NCBI GenBank assembly: GCA_964414295.1
Contig: CAYPVU010000031.1
Location: forward strand, 17,885 to 81,884
Direction: 5' to 3'
Origin: an uncultured Candidatus Saccharibacteria bacterium
Lineage (GTDB): Bacteria > Patescibacteriota > Dojkabacteria > J137
Length of the DNA: 64,000 nucleotides
Both the position numbers and the translations under genes were made by a program. The notes beneath the pieces were generated by a model. The model ran no database searches. It saw only the letters and a list, made by a program, of their open reading frames with translations, and was not told the origin of the DNA. Shown piece after piece: positions 26,707 through 36,847 of the stretch; the first letter of the stretch is position 1; every line of letters begins with the position of its first letter.

Positions 26707-28182
26707 CGCCTCTAAGATTGCTTGTTCTTCTACTTTTTCCTTTTGTTTTAGATCTGCAATAGTTCTAGCTGTTTTTAAAATCTTAAAATAGCTTCTTGCA
26801 GAAAAGTTGAAACGATTATTTGCTTTTTCTAATAGCTGTTTTGTTTTAAGATCTAATACAACATACTTATTTATATCTTCAATATCCATTTGAGCATTTA
26901 GTTTATTTTGTCCGTATCTTTCTAATTGAATATATCTTGCTAAGCTAACTCTTTTTAATATATCTGTAGAGCCTTCAGCTTTAGTACTTTGAGTTAAATC
27001 TTTTAGGTCTACTTTTTCTACCCATACTTGAAGATCAAATCTGTCTAAAATAGGACCAGAAATTCTTTTTTTATATTCTTGAACTTGCCTTGAAGTACAA
27101 ATACATTCTTTGATCTTATCTCCTGAATAACCACACTTGCATGGGTTCATAGCAGCTAATAAAATAAAATCTGCTGGATATTCTACTGTACCTGTAGACC
27201 TAGATATTGTTACAACTTTTTCTTCTAGAGGTTGTCTTAAAGTTTCTATTGAGCGAACCTCAAACTCCGGCAATTCATCTAAAAACAAAACTCCTTTATT
27301 TGCTAAAGTTATTTCTCCTGGTTTTAAGTTTGAGCCTCCTCCAACAAGGGCTACATGGGATATTGTATGGTGAGGATTTCTATATGGCCGAGTAGCTAAA
27401 TATGGCTTATCTAAATCTAGGAGTCCTGCAATACTGTAAACCTTAGTAATTTCTAACGCCTCTTCTACAGAGGGCGGTGGAAGAATTCCTTTAAAAGCTT
27501 TAGAAAGCAGAGTTTTTCCAGATCCCGGAACTCCATTTAGCAAACAGTTATGTCCTCCTGCAGCAGAGATTTCTAAAGCTTTTTTAGCCAAAGTCTGTCC
27601 TCTTATACTTTTAAAATCTACACTAAACTTAATAGAAGGAATCAAAACATCCTTACTTATATATTCTGGCAAACTAGAATTAGTAAAGTGATCTACAATT
27701 TCCTTAAGATTTTTTGCAGGATAAATTGATATACCTTTTACTAATGAAGCTTCTTTTGCATTGTCCCAAGGCAGAAATATGGAATTATATCCTTTATTTT
27801 TTGCCTCCATTACAATCGGCAATACTCCTTTTATAGGTTTAAGATCTCCATTTAAAGAGAGTTCACCTAGGAATAATTTGTCTGTTGTATCAAAGTTAAT
27901 TTGTTCTGATGCCAATAAGTAACCAATAGCCAAGGGTAGATCATAGCCTGATCCACTTTTTATAAATTGAGCTGGTGCTAAGTTTATAATTATCTGCATT
28001 GGTACAAAAGAAAAACCTGAGTTTTTTATAGCAGAGGGGATTCTTTCTTTTGCCTCTTGAATAGATTTATCTGCTAAACCAATAATTGCAAAGAAGTTTG
28101 TACCTTTTCTATAATCTACTTCAACTTCTATTATTTGAACATCAAGACCTTTTAGACTTGCAGTGTAGAGCTTTGATAGCAT
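26683..28182 (-). CDS. comM: ComM/YifB Mg-chelatase-like AAA+ ATPase
   Basis: NLAPA, GELSLNG, AAGGHN..GVPGSGKT, PHHT, LFLDELPEF, AAMNPC. Confidence 0.93.
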   Translation of the reverse strand: MLSKLYTASLKGLDVQIIEVEVDYRKGTNFFAIIGLADKSIQEAKERIPSAIKNSGFSFVPMQIIINLAPAQFIKSGSGYDLPLAIGYLLASEQINFDTTDKLFLGELSLNGDLKPIKGVLPIVMEAKNKGYNSIFLPWDNAKEASLVKGISIYPAKNLKEIVDHFTNSSLPEYISKDVLIPSIKFSVDFKSIRGQTLAKKALEISAAGGHNCLLNGVPGSGKTLLSKAFKGILPPPSVEEALEITKVYSIAGLLDLDKPYLATRPYRNPHHTISHVALVGGGSNLKPGEITLANKGVLFLDELPEFEVRSIETLRQPLEEKVVTISRSTGTVEYPADFILLAAMNPCKCGYSGDKIKECICTSRQVQEYKKRISGPILDRFDLQVWVEKVDLKDLTQSTKAEGSTDILKRVSLARYIQLERYGQNKLNAQMDIEDINKYVVLDLKTKQLLEKANNRFNFSARSYFKILKTARTIADLKQKEKVEEQAILEALTYRFNS

Positions 28183-28233
28183 AGTATATTAATTTACTAT
28201 GCTACAGTTTAAGAAGTTTGTTATACAAAGTTA

Positions 28234-29421
28234 TTACAAAGATAAAGAAGGACTTCTATCTAAGGTATTAAATTCTTTAAAATAAATTCTATCTTTAGGA
28301 TTATGTTTTAAATTCTCTAACCCAATACTAGCAACTTTGTAATTAGCAGCTACTCCTATCATTGCAGCGTTATCACCAGTAAGTTTTTTAGTGTAAGGGA
28401 AGAGTGTTTTTACATTAAATTCTTTTGCAACATTTCTTAATTCACTTCTTAATCTTGCAGAAGCTATCACACCTCCTCCTAACCACAGCTGTTTAACTGG
28501 ATATTCCTTTAGAGCTTTTTTGAGTTTAAACTTTAATTGCTCAATTGCTGCAGCTTCAAATATTACACATAAATGTATTATTTCTTCCTTTGTAAGGTTA
28601 TTATTACCATCAACTTCCTTTTGATGATTAAGCTTTTCGCCGCTAATAGTTTCTACTAATTGCTTAAAGGCCGTTTTTAAACCTGAATAGCTCATATTTA
28701 AGTCTCCTGAGTTGACCATTGCAATAGGTAATTCATATGCTTTACCATCTTTACCGATACATTGAACTTTTACAGATAAATTATCTTTAATAATTTTAAA
28801 TCTAAAGTCTTTTCTGTTTTCTTTTGCTAACTTACTTATTACTGGGCCCGCTGGATAACCAAAACCAAGAATTCTTCCGCATTTGTCGTAAGCTTCACCG
28901 CACGAATCATCTACAGTTTCTCCAATCTTTTTATATTCCCCAATTTTAGATACATACACTAATTCTGTATGTCCACCAGAAATCAAAAAGCTCAATGCTG
29001 GGACTTCTGGTTTTATTAATACTGCATTAGCAGAATTAGGCTGAGCAAAGCTAGAAAGCAAATGTCCTTCCATATGGTTTATTGCAATTATCGGTTTACT
29101 ATACTTTTCTGCTAATTCTTTTGCTTTTTTAATTCCAATTTCTAATGCAATAGCTAAACCGGGACCGTAAGTTACAGAAACAGTATTAATATCTTCCATA
29201 CCAATATTCGCCTTTTTTAACGCTTGGTTAACAACGTTATCAATTCTTTCGGCATGGGCTAACTTTGCTAAAGATGGGACTACACCTCCAAACTTTTGGT
29301 GGTATTCCATTTGAGAAGGCATAATACTAGAAAGAATTGTTCTTCCTTTTACTACTGCAACTGAAGTTTCATCACAAGAGGTATCAATTGCTAATGTTAT
29401 TATTGATTCAAGATTTTGCAT
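28234..29421 (-). CDS. tsaD: tRNA N6-threonylcarbamoyladenosine synthesis protein
   Basis: IDTSCDET, GGVVP, HMEGH, SGGHT, GEAYDK, DNAAMI. Confidence 0.96.
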   Translation of the reverse strand: MQNLESIITLAIDTSCDETSVAVVKGRTILSSIMPSQMEYHQKFGGVVPSLAKLAHAERIDNVVNQALKKANIGMEDINTVSVTYGPGLAIALEIGIKKAKELAEKYSKPIIAINHMEGHLLSSFAQPNSANAVLIKPEVPALSFLISGGHTELVYVSKIGEYKKIGETVDDSCGEAYDKCGRILGFGYPAGPVISKLAKENRKDFRFKIIKDNLSVKVQCIGKDGKAYELPIAMVNSGDLNMSYSGLKTAFKQLVETISGEKLNHQKEVDGNNNLTKEEIIHLCVIFEAAAIEQLKFKLKKALKEYPVKQLWLGGGVIASARLRSELRNVAKEFNVKTLFPYTKKLTGDNAAMIGVAANYKVASIGLENLKHNPKDRIYFKEFNTLDRSPSLSL

Positions 29422-29443
29422 GCTCGAATTATACCCTGTAGTA

Positions 29444-29938
29444 TTACTTTAAATCCAGTAAAGACAAGATGTCATTTATATACGGGTAGGAGTGATCTTC
29501 TGATTCCTTCACAATTATTCTGCAATCATAACCTTCTAGTAATGTAGTTACCTGAACAACATTTCCGTGAGAATCATTATTGTTTGCTATAACACCAAAT
29601 CCTTTTATATCTTTTAAATTTTTATAAACTTCTAATTCTTGTTCAGAAAGGTCATTTATTGGGATACCCATTAAAACTAATTTTTCTAATTTTAATTCCG
29701 GAAGAATAGAGCAGGCAATAAATGTACCAATTGATTTGGCAATTATAGTAATCGGTTCTTCAACTTTAATATTCTGCTTAATAACTTTTACCTCTTCTGC
29801 TGGATCCCACTGAATTTCATGGCTCCAGTGTCTCCAATTATGAATATATATATCTTTACCTAAATCTCTTAAAGCGGAGGCTATAGCCTCCGCTTCTTCT
29901 TTATTTTTTATTGAAAATCCAGGTAATAGTAAGTACAT
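29444..29938 (-). CDS. Alpha/beta-fold hydrolase-like protein
   Basis: AKSIG nucleophile elbow, Asp and C-terminal His (DHSY). Confidence 0.7.
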   Translation of the reverse strand: MYLLLPGFSIKNKEEAEAIASALRDLGKDIYIHNWRHWSHEIQWDPAEEVKVIKQNIKVEEPITIIAKSIGTFIACSILPELKLEKLVLMGIPINDLSEQELEVYKNLKDIKGFGVIANNNDSHGNVVQVTTLLEGYDCRIIVKESEDHSYPYINDILSLLDLK

Positions 29939-29939
29939 T

Positions 29940-30551
29940 TTATTTAACCCCTCTAATAAAATGTTCGTTTACTTTATCCCAATTAATAACATTCCAGAAA
30001 GCTTCTACATAATCTGGTCTTTTATTTTGATATTTTAAGTAATAAGCATGTTCCCAAACATCTAAACCTAATATAGGTCTTTTGTTCTGCATTAAAGGTG
30101 AATCTTGATTAGCAGTACTCCATACTTCTAGCTTTCCATTTTCATCAATTGTAAGCCATGCCCAACCGCTACCAAATCTTTTTGTAGCAGCTTCTGCAAA
30201 CTGAACTTTAAAAGCATCAAAGCCACCAAACACATCATTAATTGCATCTTTTAATTCGTTGGATGGTTCTTTAGAACCTTCTAAACCTAATATTTCCCAA
30301 AAAAAGGAATGGTTTAAATGTCCTCCGCCATTATTAATAACTGCTTGTCTTATATCTTCTGGAACAGAAGTAACATCTCTAATTAATTCTTCTAAAGCTT
30401 TGTTTTTTAATTCTGGATGCTTTTCTAAAGCAGCATTTAAATTATTTACGTAAGCCTGATGATGTTTGTCGTGATGAATTTCCATTGTTTGAGCATCTAT
30501 AAAAGGCTCAAGTGCATCAAATGAATAAGGTAATTTTGGAAGTTCGTGCAT
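29940..30551 (-). CDS. sodA: Mn/Fe superoxide dismutase
   Basis: [29 protein letters not shown]. Confidence 0.96.
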   Translation of the reverse strand: MHELPKLPYSFDALEPFIDAQTMEIHHDKHHQAYVNNLNAALEKHPELKNKALEELIRDVTSVPEDIRQAVINNGGGHLNHSFFWEILGLEGSKEPSNELKDAINDVFGGFDAFKVQFAEAATKRFGSGWAWLTIDENGKLEVWSTANQDSPLMQNKRPILGLDVWEHAYYLKYQNKRPDYVEAFWNVINWDKVNEHFIRGVK

Positions 30552-30641
30552 AGTAGCTTTTTAAAAGATAATGCTTTTAAAAGTATATCATAGTATATTA
30601 AGATAACTTGATAGAGTAGTCGTATACATTATTTATTCAAA

Positions 30642-31520
30642 ATGAACACAATAGTTAGACAAAAAAACTTTATGAACACAACTATTACATTTAAAGTTGT
30701 GCAGGATAAAGAATCAACGGTAGAAATAATGGATGCTATAGAAGCTGGATTTGGAGAGTTTGATCGAATAGTAAAAACCTACACAAGATTCGATGAAAAA
30801 AGTGAACTATCAAACTTAAATAGACAGCCAGATAGATGGATTAATATCTCTAAAGAGTTCTGCTACTTAGTAGAGTACATGTTAAATTTAGCAAAAGTTA
30901 CAGATGGTGTATTTGACCCTACAGTAATAGACTTTCTTGAAGTTTATGGATACGATAAAAATTACGATTTTTCTAAATTAGAAAAACCGGAGTTAGATGA
31001 ATTAGTAAAAAAAATTGCAAAGGAAAGACCTTCTTGGAAAGAAATAGAATTAGATAAAGAAAACTTAAGAGTTAAGTTAGTAAAGAATCAAAGAATAGAT
31101 TTAGGAGGTATAGGTAAAGGTTATGCTATTGATTGTGCTTTTAATAAATTAAATAAGTTTAAAAACTTTTTTATAGATGCTGGCGGAGATATTAGAGTAA
31201 AGGGAAATAACGAGAAAGGAGAACTGTGGACTGTAGATTTATTAGCAATGAATCAAAAAGGACATAAAGAAATTGTAGGACAGCTACAATTAGATAATGA
31301 ATCAATTGCTGGTTCGGGATCTTGGGCAAGAAAATTTAAACAATTTCATCATTTAATAAATCCTAAAACAGGAAAACCACAAAATACTTTTTCTACAGTT
31401 TTTGTACAGGCACCAACTTCTATAGAATCGGATTCTTGGGCAACAGCTCTATTTATAGGTGGTGAAGAAATAGTTAAGATAATGCCTGATAACTTTAAAT
31501 ATTTTACTGTAAAAAACTAG
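30642..31520 (+). CDS. apbE: FAD:protein FMN transferase
   Basis: SELSNLN, FDPT, DLGGIGKGY, DAGGDI, HHLINPKTG, DSWATA. Confidence 0.93.
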   Translation: MNTIVRQKNFMNTTITFKVVQDKESTVEIMDAIEAGFGEFDRIVKTYTRFDEKSELSNLNRQPDRWINISKEFCYLVEYMLNLAKVTDGVFDPTVIDFLEVYGYDKNYDFSKLEKPELDELVKKIAKERPSWKEIELDKENLRVKLVKNQRIDLGGIGKGYAIDCAFNKLNKFKNFFIDAGGDIRVKGNNEKGELWTVDLLAMNQKGHKEIVGQLQLDNESIAGSGSWARKFKQFHHLINPKTGKPQNTFSTVFVQAPTSIESDSWATALFIGGEEIVKIMPDNFKYFTVKN

Positions 31521-32197
31521 TGATCGTAGTATTCAATACTTAATCTAAAACCAGACTTAACTACTGTTTCTATAACGCTATTACTGTTATAAGTTCCTAC
31601 TTTAGATCTTAATCTGCTTACTAAAGTGTCTACTGCTCCGTGAGAAGCAGATGAATCTAATACTTTAGATAGAATTTCATCTCTACTAAAGATTCTACCT
31701 GGATTGCTTGCAAATAGATAAAGTAGGTTAAATTCGTTATAAGTTAAATATATCTCTTTTTTATCTTTAATACAGAGTCTTAATTTAGGATTTATATATA
31801 AATCTCCGATTTCTAAATGTATTTGTTTTTCTTTTGGTTTTATTAAAGCATTTACTTGAGCCTCTAATATGTTGTAGTTTATAGGTTTTTTATGGAGAAG
31901 ATTTGCACCAGATTTATAGGTTTCAATTTCGTTAACTTCAGAGAAAGAATCCGTAATCATAATTACGGGACAGTTTTGTGATTTATCTCTTATTCTTCTT
32001 AATACTGTTATTCCATTAAATTTGGGTAGAAATAAATCAATTATTGCTAAATCAAACTCTTGTGACTTTGAGAGCTTTATCGCTTGTTCACCATCTATAC
32101 AGGATTGAATTTCAAAGTTTTTATTTTCTAAAAAACTCTTTACTAAAAAGTTTAGACTCCTGTCATCTTCAGCAATTAAAATTTTTGTTTTCTCCAT
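31517..32197 (-). CDS. OmpR-family response regulator (no kinase in window)
   Basis: AEDD, IIDLFLP, KP; LTYNEF..LL, VDTLVSRLRSK, IETV..GF. Confidence 0.92.
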   Translation of the reverse strand: MEKTKILIAEDDRSLNFLVKSFLENKNFEIQSCIDGEQAIKLSKSQEFDLAIIDLFLPKFNGITVLRRIRDKSQNCPVIMITDSFSEVNEIETYKSGANLLHKKPINYNILEAQVNALIKPKEKQIHLEIGDLYINPKLRLCIKDKKEIYLTYNEFNLLYLFASNPGRIFSRDEILSKVLDSSASHGAVDTLVSRLRSKVGTYNSNSVIETVVKSGFRLSIEYYDH

Positions 32198-32275
32198 TTA
32201 TAGAAAATAAAAATTAAAAAGTATGATGGAGTTTAATAAAGAGAAGAGAGCTGCAACAATGTATTAGAGTACAAA

Positions 32276-32824
32276 TTACTTTTGATCTTTTTTTACTTCG
32301 TTAACAACCTTTTTGTTAAATTCAATAACTTTTCCAATGCTAACTTTTATATGCTGTTTAATGTATAAAAAGAAGAAAACTTCTATTGCAAGTATAAATA
32401 AATCAATTAAAAGAATTGTCTGCAGATCTAAACCATAAAGCTTAAGATATATAGTTAAAAAAGCAGCAAGCACAAATAATAAACCTCTTCTTACAGCATC
32501 AAATAAAGAGGCCTTTTCATAAAAATTCTTAAAAAAGAATTTATCTATTACTAAATGTAAACCAATAAAGATAAAAAGTATTCCTGATAGAAATATTCCG
32601 GCAGCTATATAAGCATTAGTAGATAAATAGCTTAAGATTTGTCCTTTTTCAATTAATACTAAGATTGAATTATCTAAAGACTCCCAGTCTCCAGGTTTTA
32701 TATTATTAGCCTCAATTAAATGCTGCAATTGAGCAATATTAAATGGTGAAAAGTTCTCAAAAAAGTATCTTGCAATAAAAATCAAGAATACCCCTAGAGC
32801 CAACAATACAACAACACGCTTCAT
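32276..32824 (-). CDS. Hypothetical membrane protein
   Basis: About 4 TM segments. Confidence 0.75.
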   Translation of the reverse strand: MKRVVVLLALGVFLIFIARYFFENFSPFNIAQLQHLIEANNIKPGDWESLDNSILVLIEKGQILSYLSTNAYIAAGIFLSGILFIFIGLHLVIDKFFFKNFYEKASLFDAVRRGLLFVLAAFLTIYLKLYGLDLQTILLIDLFILAIEVFFFLYIKQHIKVSIGKVIEFNKKVVNEVKKDQK

Positions 32825-32869
32825 ATCTTTAAATTCTGATATACTAAGTTTAATTACATTAGTTTCTAT

Positions 32870-33691
32870 ATGGATAATAATACACTAAAAAAACGACCTT
32901 CGATTATAGATGTTTTAAGCAGAGAACCAGAAAAGAAGGAAGGAACAGCAGTAGTATCTCCTTCTGATAGAGTTAATGAGCCTCAAAAAGAAATTATTAA
33001 AGAAAGAGTAATTGTAAAATATCAAGATAGACCTAGAGGATGCGCACCTGATATTGGCTGTGGTTGCGGATGTAGGACTATTACTTGCGGTGGATGTTTA
33101 TTATTTATATTAGTAATTATCGGCTTTGCTTACATTATTATTAATAAGCCAGCTTTTATTTGGAGTGAAGTAGTAGAGTATTTAAATGACGGCCAAAAAG
33201 CCCCTAAGTATGAACCTCAGGACTTAACTACCTTGCAAGAATCTATAAATAGTCAAATAAGCAATATTGGCGAAGTTTCTATTAATTTAACTCAAGACCA
33301 ACTAACAACATTAATACGGAATAATACTGTTCAATTAAAAGATTTGACTGTAGATATAGATTCAAATCTTCTTACTTTATATTGGTATTTAGATAATAGT
33401 CTACCAGCCAAACCTCTTTACGGTATTGTAGAAATAAAAAGTACAGAAAGTGGAAATTTAGAAATTACTAAAGTAGGTACTGGTAAAGTCGGCTTACCTG
33501 ATGCAGTAAATAAATTCGCTACAAATACTGTCTATTCCTTATTAAATTTAGAAAATACAGAAGGAACATCTCCATTAAGTATTTTAACTAGTATTTTTAA
33601 TTCTGAGAATATAACTGTAAAATCAGTAAAATTAGAGGATGGTCTTGTTAAAATAACTGCAGATATTAAAGTAAACCTTTTTGATCAATGA
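32870..33691 (+). CDS. Membrane-anchored hypothetical protein with Cys/Gly-rich juxtamembrane motif
   Basis: GCAPDIGCGCGCRTITCGGC before a single TM. Confidence 0.7.
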   Translation: MDNNTLKKRPSIIDVLSREPEKKEGTAVVSPSDRVNEPQKEIIKERVIVKYQDRPRGCAPDIGCGCGCRTITCGGCLLFILVIIGFAYIIINKPAFIWSEVVEYLNDGQKAPKYEPQDLTTLQESINSQISNIGEVSINLTQDQLTTLIRNNTVQLKDLTVDIDSNLLTLYWYLDNSLPAKPLYGIVEIKSTESGNLEITKVGTGKVGLPDAVNKFATNTVYSLLNLENTEGTSPLSILTSIFNSENITVKSVKLEDGLVKITADIKVNLFDQ

Positions 33692-34611
33692 TTTATTTAT
33701 TTGGAGGAGAGGACTACTACGAAAGCTTTAACAGAAGCTTAGTAACAGCAAACAACTTAGCAACTAAAACATCTTCAGAAGTTAATAGTATAAATGCAGA
33801 TGAAATTACAGATGTTAACTACATACTTCAGCTACTTGAAGGAGTAGACATGTTTTCTGCTACAGGAATTTTATTATTAAAAAGATTATTAAATAATAAA
33901 AAACTGCTTGAATACTTTGCAGAAAACTTTGATACATTAAATAAATACGATATTGTAATTTGGCATGACTCTAAACCGGATTCAAAATTAAAACTTGTAA
34001 AAAAAATCGCTGAAAATAAATTAGTGTTTAATTTTGAATCTCCAAAAGAGGGCGAGCTAAAAAATTGGATTTCTATAAAAGCTAAAGAAAAAGATATTCC
34101 TTTAAGTACTAATCAAATAAATTTCATTTTTGAAAGATTGCAGTTTAATAAGTTTAGTATTAATACAGAACTTGAAAAAATAAGTCTTTATATAAAAACA
34201 AAAAAGATAAAAACAATTACTGATGATTTACTAGAAGATTTAATGGGTTTAAGTGTAAAAGGAGACATGTGGAAGTTTTTGGACTATTTTGGAAATAAAA
34301 ATAAAATAAAAGCATTAATAGAATTTGATAAGATTACAAAATACGAGGACAATACACAGCTATTAATAAGTATGATTAATAGGGAGTTGCGTCTTATGCT
34401 GCAGTATAAATTTGTAAAAGAAAATGGACACGATATATCCGAACTAAAGCAAGCTCCATTTGTAATAAAAAAAACTGCTGAAAAATCACGTAACTTTACA
34501 AAAGAAGAGCTAGAAGTTTTATTAAAAAGGTTATTTGAATTAGATACATCTGTAAAGTCAGGTATACTAGAAGAGAAGTCTGCATTAACTTTATATTTAG
34601 CAACAATGTAG
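33688..34611 (+). CDS. holA: DNA polymerase III subunit delta
   Basis: IYLFGGED start, ELEKISLY, LDTSVKSG C-terminus. Confidence 0.9.
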   Translation: MIYLFGGEDYYESFNRSLVTANNLATKTSSEVNSINADEITDVNYILQLLEGVDMFSATGILLLKRLLNNKKLLEYFAENFDTLNKYDIVIWHDSKPDSKLKLVKKIAENKLVFNFESPKEGELKNWISIKAKEKDIPLSTNQINFIFERLQFNKFSINTELEKISLYIKTKKIKTITDDLLEDLMGLSVKGDMWKFLDYFGNKNKIKALIEFDKITKYEDNTQLLISMINRELRLMLQYKFVKENGHDISELKQAPFVIKKTAEKSRNFTKEELEVLLKRLFELDTSVKSGILEEKSALTLYLATM

Positions 34612-34612
34612 T

Positions 34613-34714
34613 ATGACAAGGAGGAATTTATTAATATTCTGCCTATTATTACTCACAATATTTATAATCCTCATTGCAACTGCTTTAGTTTTAGTTTCAA
34701 CAATTACAACTTAA
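34613..34714 (+). CDS. Possible 33-aa single-TM peptide
   Basis: MTRRNLLIFCLLLLTIFIILIATALVLVSTITT*, starts 1 nt after holA stop. Confidence 0.4.
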   Translation: MTRRNLLIFCLLLLTIFIILIATALVLVSTITT

Positions 34715-34762
34715 ACGTATTTTGCGCTATAAGAAGATTATTGAATAATGTAAAATATAATT

Positions 34763-35956
34763 ATGCGTAATCTTTTAGTATTTACAACAATAATTTTATT
34801 ATTATCTTCTTTCCCAGTTAGTGCATTAACTGTAAAGAGCGTAGATACTTTAGGGTTTGATAAATCTATTATTAAAACCACATACGAAATTGGTTTACCT
34901 TCTAAATTGATAATAACTCCTGTATTTATGCCTAATACAGTAAGACTTACTGAAGAAAATTGGATAAAAGGAATTTATTACTATACTGTTCAAAGATTAG
35001 GATATCCTACTTTGCCTTACCATTATTTAATAGATAGCAAAGGTAATGTGTATAACAGCGAAAGCACAGACGACCGAATATTAAATATTAGAAATGTAAA
35101 TGATAACTCAATTGTAATCGGATATTTAGCACAAGCAAATGCCACAACATTTGCGGACGAAACAAAAGAAAACTTATCGGAGTTAATCTTAGATATAGCA
35201 AATAGAAATGGAATTAACTTAGATGATGTAGAAGTAAGCGGCTTAAGCTTTTCTAGAGAGATTTCTACAAACCAAGTATTTCTAGATAAATCTGAAGTTT
35301 TTGGATTATGGAAAGATGGTTTAAATCAAATAAAAGATACTATTAGACCAAGATATTCTCCAAAGGTTAGAGAATATAATATAGAAATTAAAGAAGTTTC
35401 AATTGTTTCTTCTAATTTATCAATTGGATCAGAAACTGACGGAAAGATAAAAATTACAAATAAGGGTCCTACAAATCTTTACATTGGAGATAGTCTATAT
35501 TTACTTGCAGAAAAAAATGATGGAGGAAACAGTAGATTCTACTTAAATAATGTGTGGGTTTCTCAATCACAATTTCCTGCAGTAACTGAAAGCCAGACAT
35601 TTAAAGTTGACCAAACTATAGAGGTACCATTTAAAATAAAAGCTCCTTTAAATCCTGGAGAAAATGTAGAAAGCTTTAAAATAAAATTAGTTGGAACAGG
35701 AAATCTAAATTCTAATAGTTTTGAACTTAAAGTAAATGTAGATAAAGGTGGTAAAAAAATAGTTCAGATACAAGAAACTGAAACAAACTTTTTAAGAGTT
35801 AGAAGTGAACCTTCTACAGTATCAGAAGAAATTGGTAGAGTAGCATCTGGCGAAAGATATATTGTATTAGAAGAAAATGAGAATGGCTTTTATAAAATTG
35901 ACTTAGAAGGAGGAAGAAGCGGTTGGGTTGCTGGATGGTTAACTACAGAGATTTAA
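34763..35956 (+). CDS. Secreted amidase_2/PGRP-like + Ig-like + SH3 domain protein
   Basis: Signal peptide; LGYPTLPYHYLID..G.VY amidase-like segment; IKITNKGP Ig-like; LRVRSEPS...GWV SH3b. Confidence 0.75.
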   Translation: MRNLLVFTTIILLLSSFPVSALTVKSVDTLGFDKSIIKTTYEIGLPSKLIITPVFMPNTVRLTEENWIKGIYYYTVQRLGYPTLPYHYLIDSKGNVYNSESTDDRILNIRNVNDNSIVIGYLAQANATTFADETKENLSELILDIANRNGINLDDVEVSGLSFSREISTNQVFLDKSEVFGLWKDGLNQIKDTIRPRYSPKVREYNIEIKEVSIVSSNLSIGSETDGKIKITNKGPTNLYIGDSLYLLAEKNDGGNSRFYLNNVWVSQSQFPAVTESQTFKVDQTIEVPFKIKAPLNPGENVESFKIKLVGTGNLNSNSFELKVNVDKGGKKIVQIQETETNFLRVRSEPSTVSEEIGRVASGERYIVLEENENGFYKIDLEGGRSGWVAGWLTTEI

Positions 35957-36843
35957 AATCTAATTTTATTTCTTATTTTATAAAGTAGTTTTATAAATCT
36001 ATATAAATTAGATTCAATTATAATATCTACAGTAGCTGCGTACTCTACAGTATTACCGCCAAAACCTGTTTTAAAGCGGGAATAACCATCACTTAAATCA
36101 TCCTTAATCCCAAATAAATCTAGTTGAGTGTATCCATTTTCTTTTCCATATTTTATTAGTTCCCAAACTACCAAGTAAGGAGCCATTAAGTTCTTATATT
36201 CTTCAGAAGATCCACCATAAACATAAGTAAGCATGTTATCGTAAGCAATTACAAACCAGCTAACTAAAGGTTTATCTTCAAAATAAGCAGTAGTAATAAA
36301 TACATTATCTTTAAATTGATTCCAAACCTCCTTTAAATAATTAGAGCTTCTTCCGGAGTAATTTTGTCTTTTAACAGTATCTTTGTATAAATTGATAAAA
36401 GTCTCAAGTTCCGAATCTTCTTTAGAAATAACAACGTTTAAGCCCTTTTTTTGAGCTAATTTAAGATTGTACCTAGTCTTCTGCTTCATGTTAGATAAAA
36501 GTGTATTTTCATCTAAACTTAAATCTATAATGGAAGTTTTAGGTAGATGAATAGGCAAGCCATAATCAACATTCAAACCTTTTTGCTTTATAAATTCTAA
36601 TGAATTTAGTTCAGTAGCTAAGTTATCAGGATCAATTGTTACAAATACACAGTTTGCCTTTTTAGCTTGATTAATTAATTCAGTAAAATCAACTTTGTTT
36701 AAATCAACTCTTGGCATGTAACCAATGTATTTATTTAAAGATGGAAGTTTAGTTGTTTGAAAAAAGTATTCTCCAACGCTATAGCATTTATTTCCTAATG
36801 CTTCTTTAGTTTTTCTCCAGTTATTACTCTGTAAAAAATTCAT
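35953..36843 (-). CDS. FemABX-family peptidyltransferase
   Basis: FLQSNNW, KQKTRYNLKLA, YVYGGS, FKTGFGG. Confidence 0.92.
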   Translation of the reverse strand: MNFLQSNNWRKTKEALGNKCYSVGEYFFQTTKLPSLNKYIGYMPRVDLNKVDFTELINQAKKANCVFVTIDPDNLATELNSLEFIKQKGLNVDYGLPIHLPKTSIIDLSLDENTLLSNMKQKTRYNLKLAQKKGLNVVISKEDSELETFINLYKDTVKRQNYSGRSSNYLKEVWNQFKDNVFITTAYFEDKPLVSWFVIAYDNMLTYVYGGSSEEYKNLMAPYLVVWELIKYGKENGYTQLDLFGIKDDLSDGYSRFKTGFGGNTVEYAATVDIIIESNLYRFIKLLYKIRNKIRF

Positions 36844-36847
36844 ATAT

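Noticed and set aside
30556-30583. Two CTTTTAAAAG-like palindromes upstream of sodA
   Set aside because: AT-rich and likely by chance; no match to a known operator that I can support.
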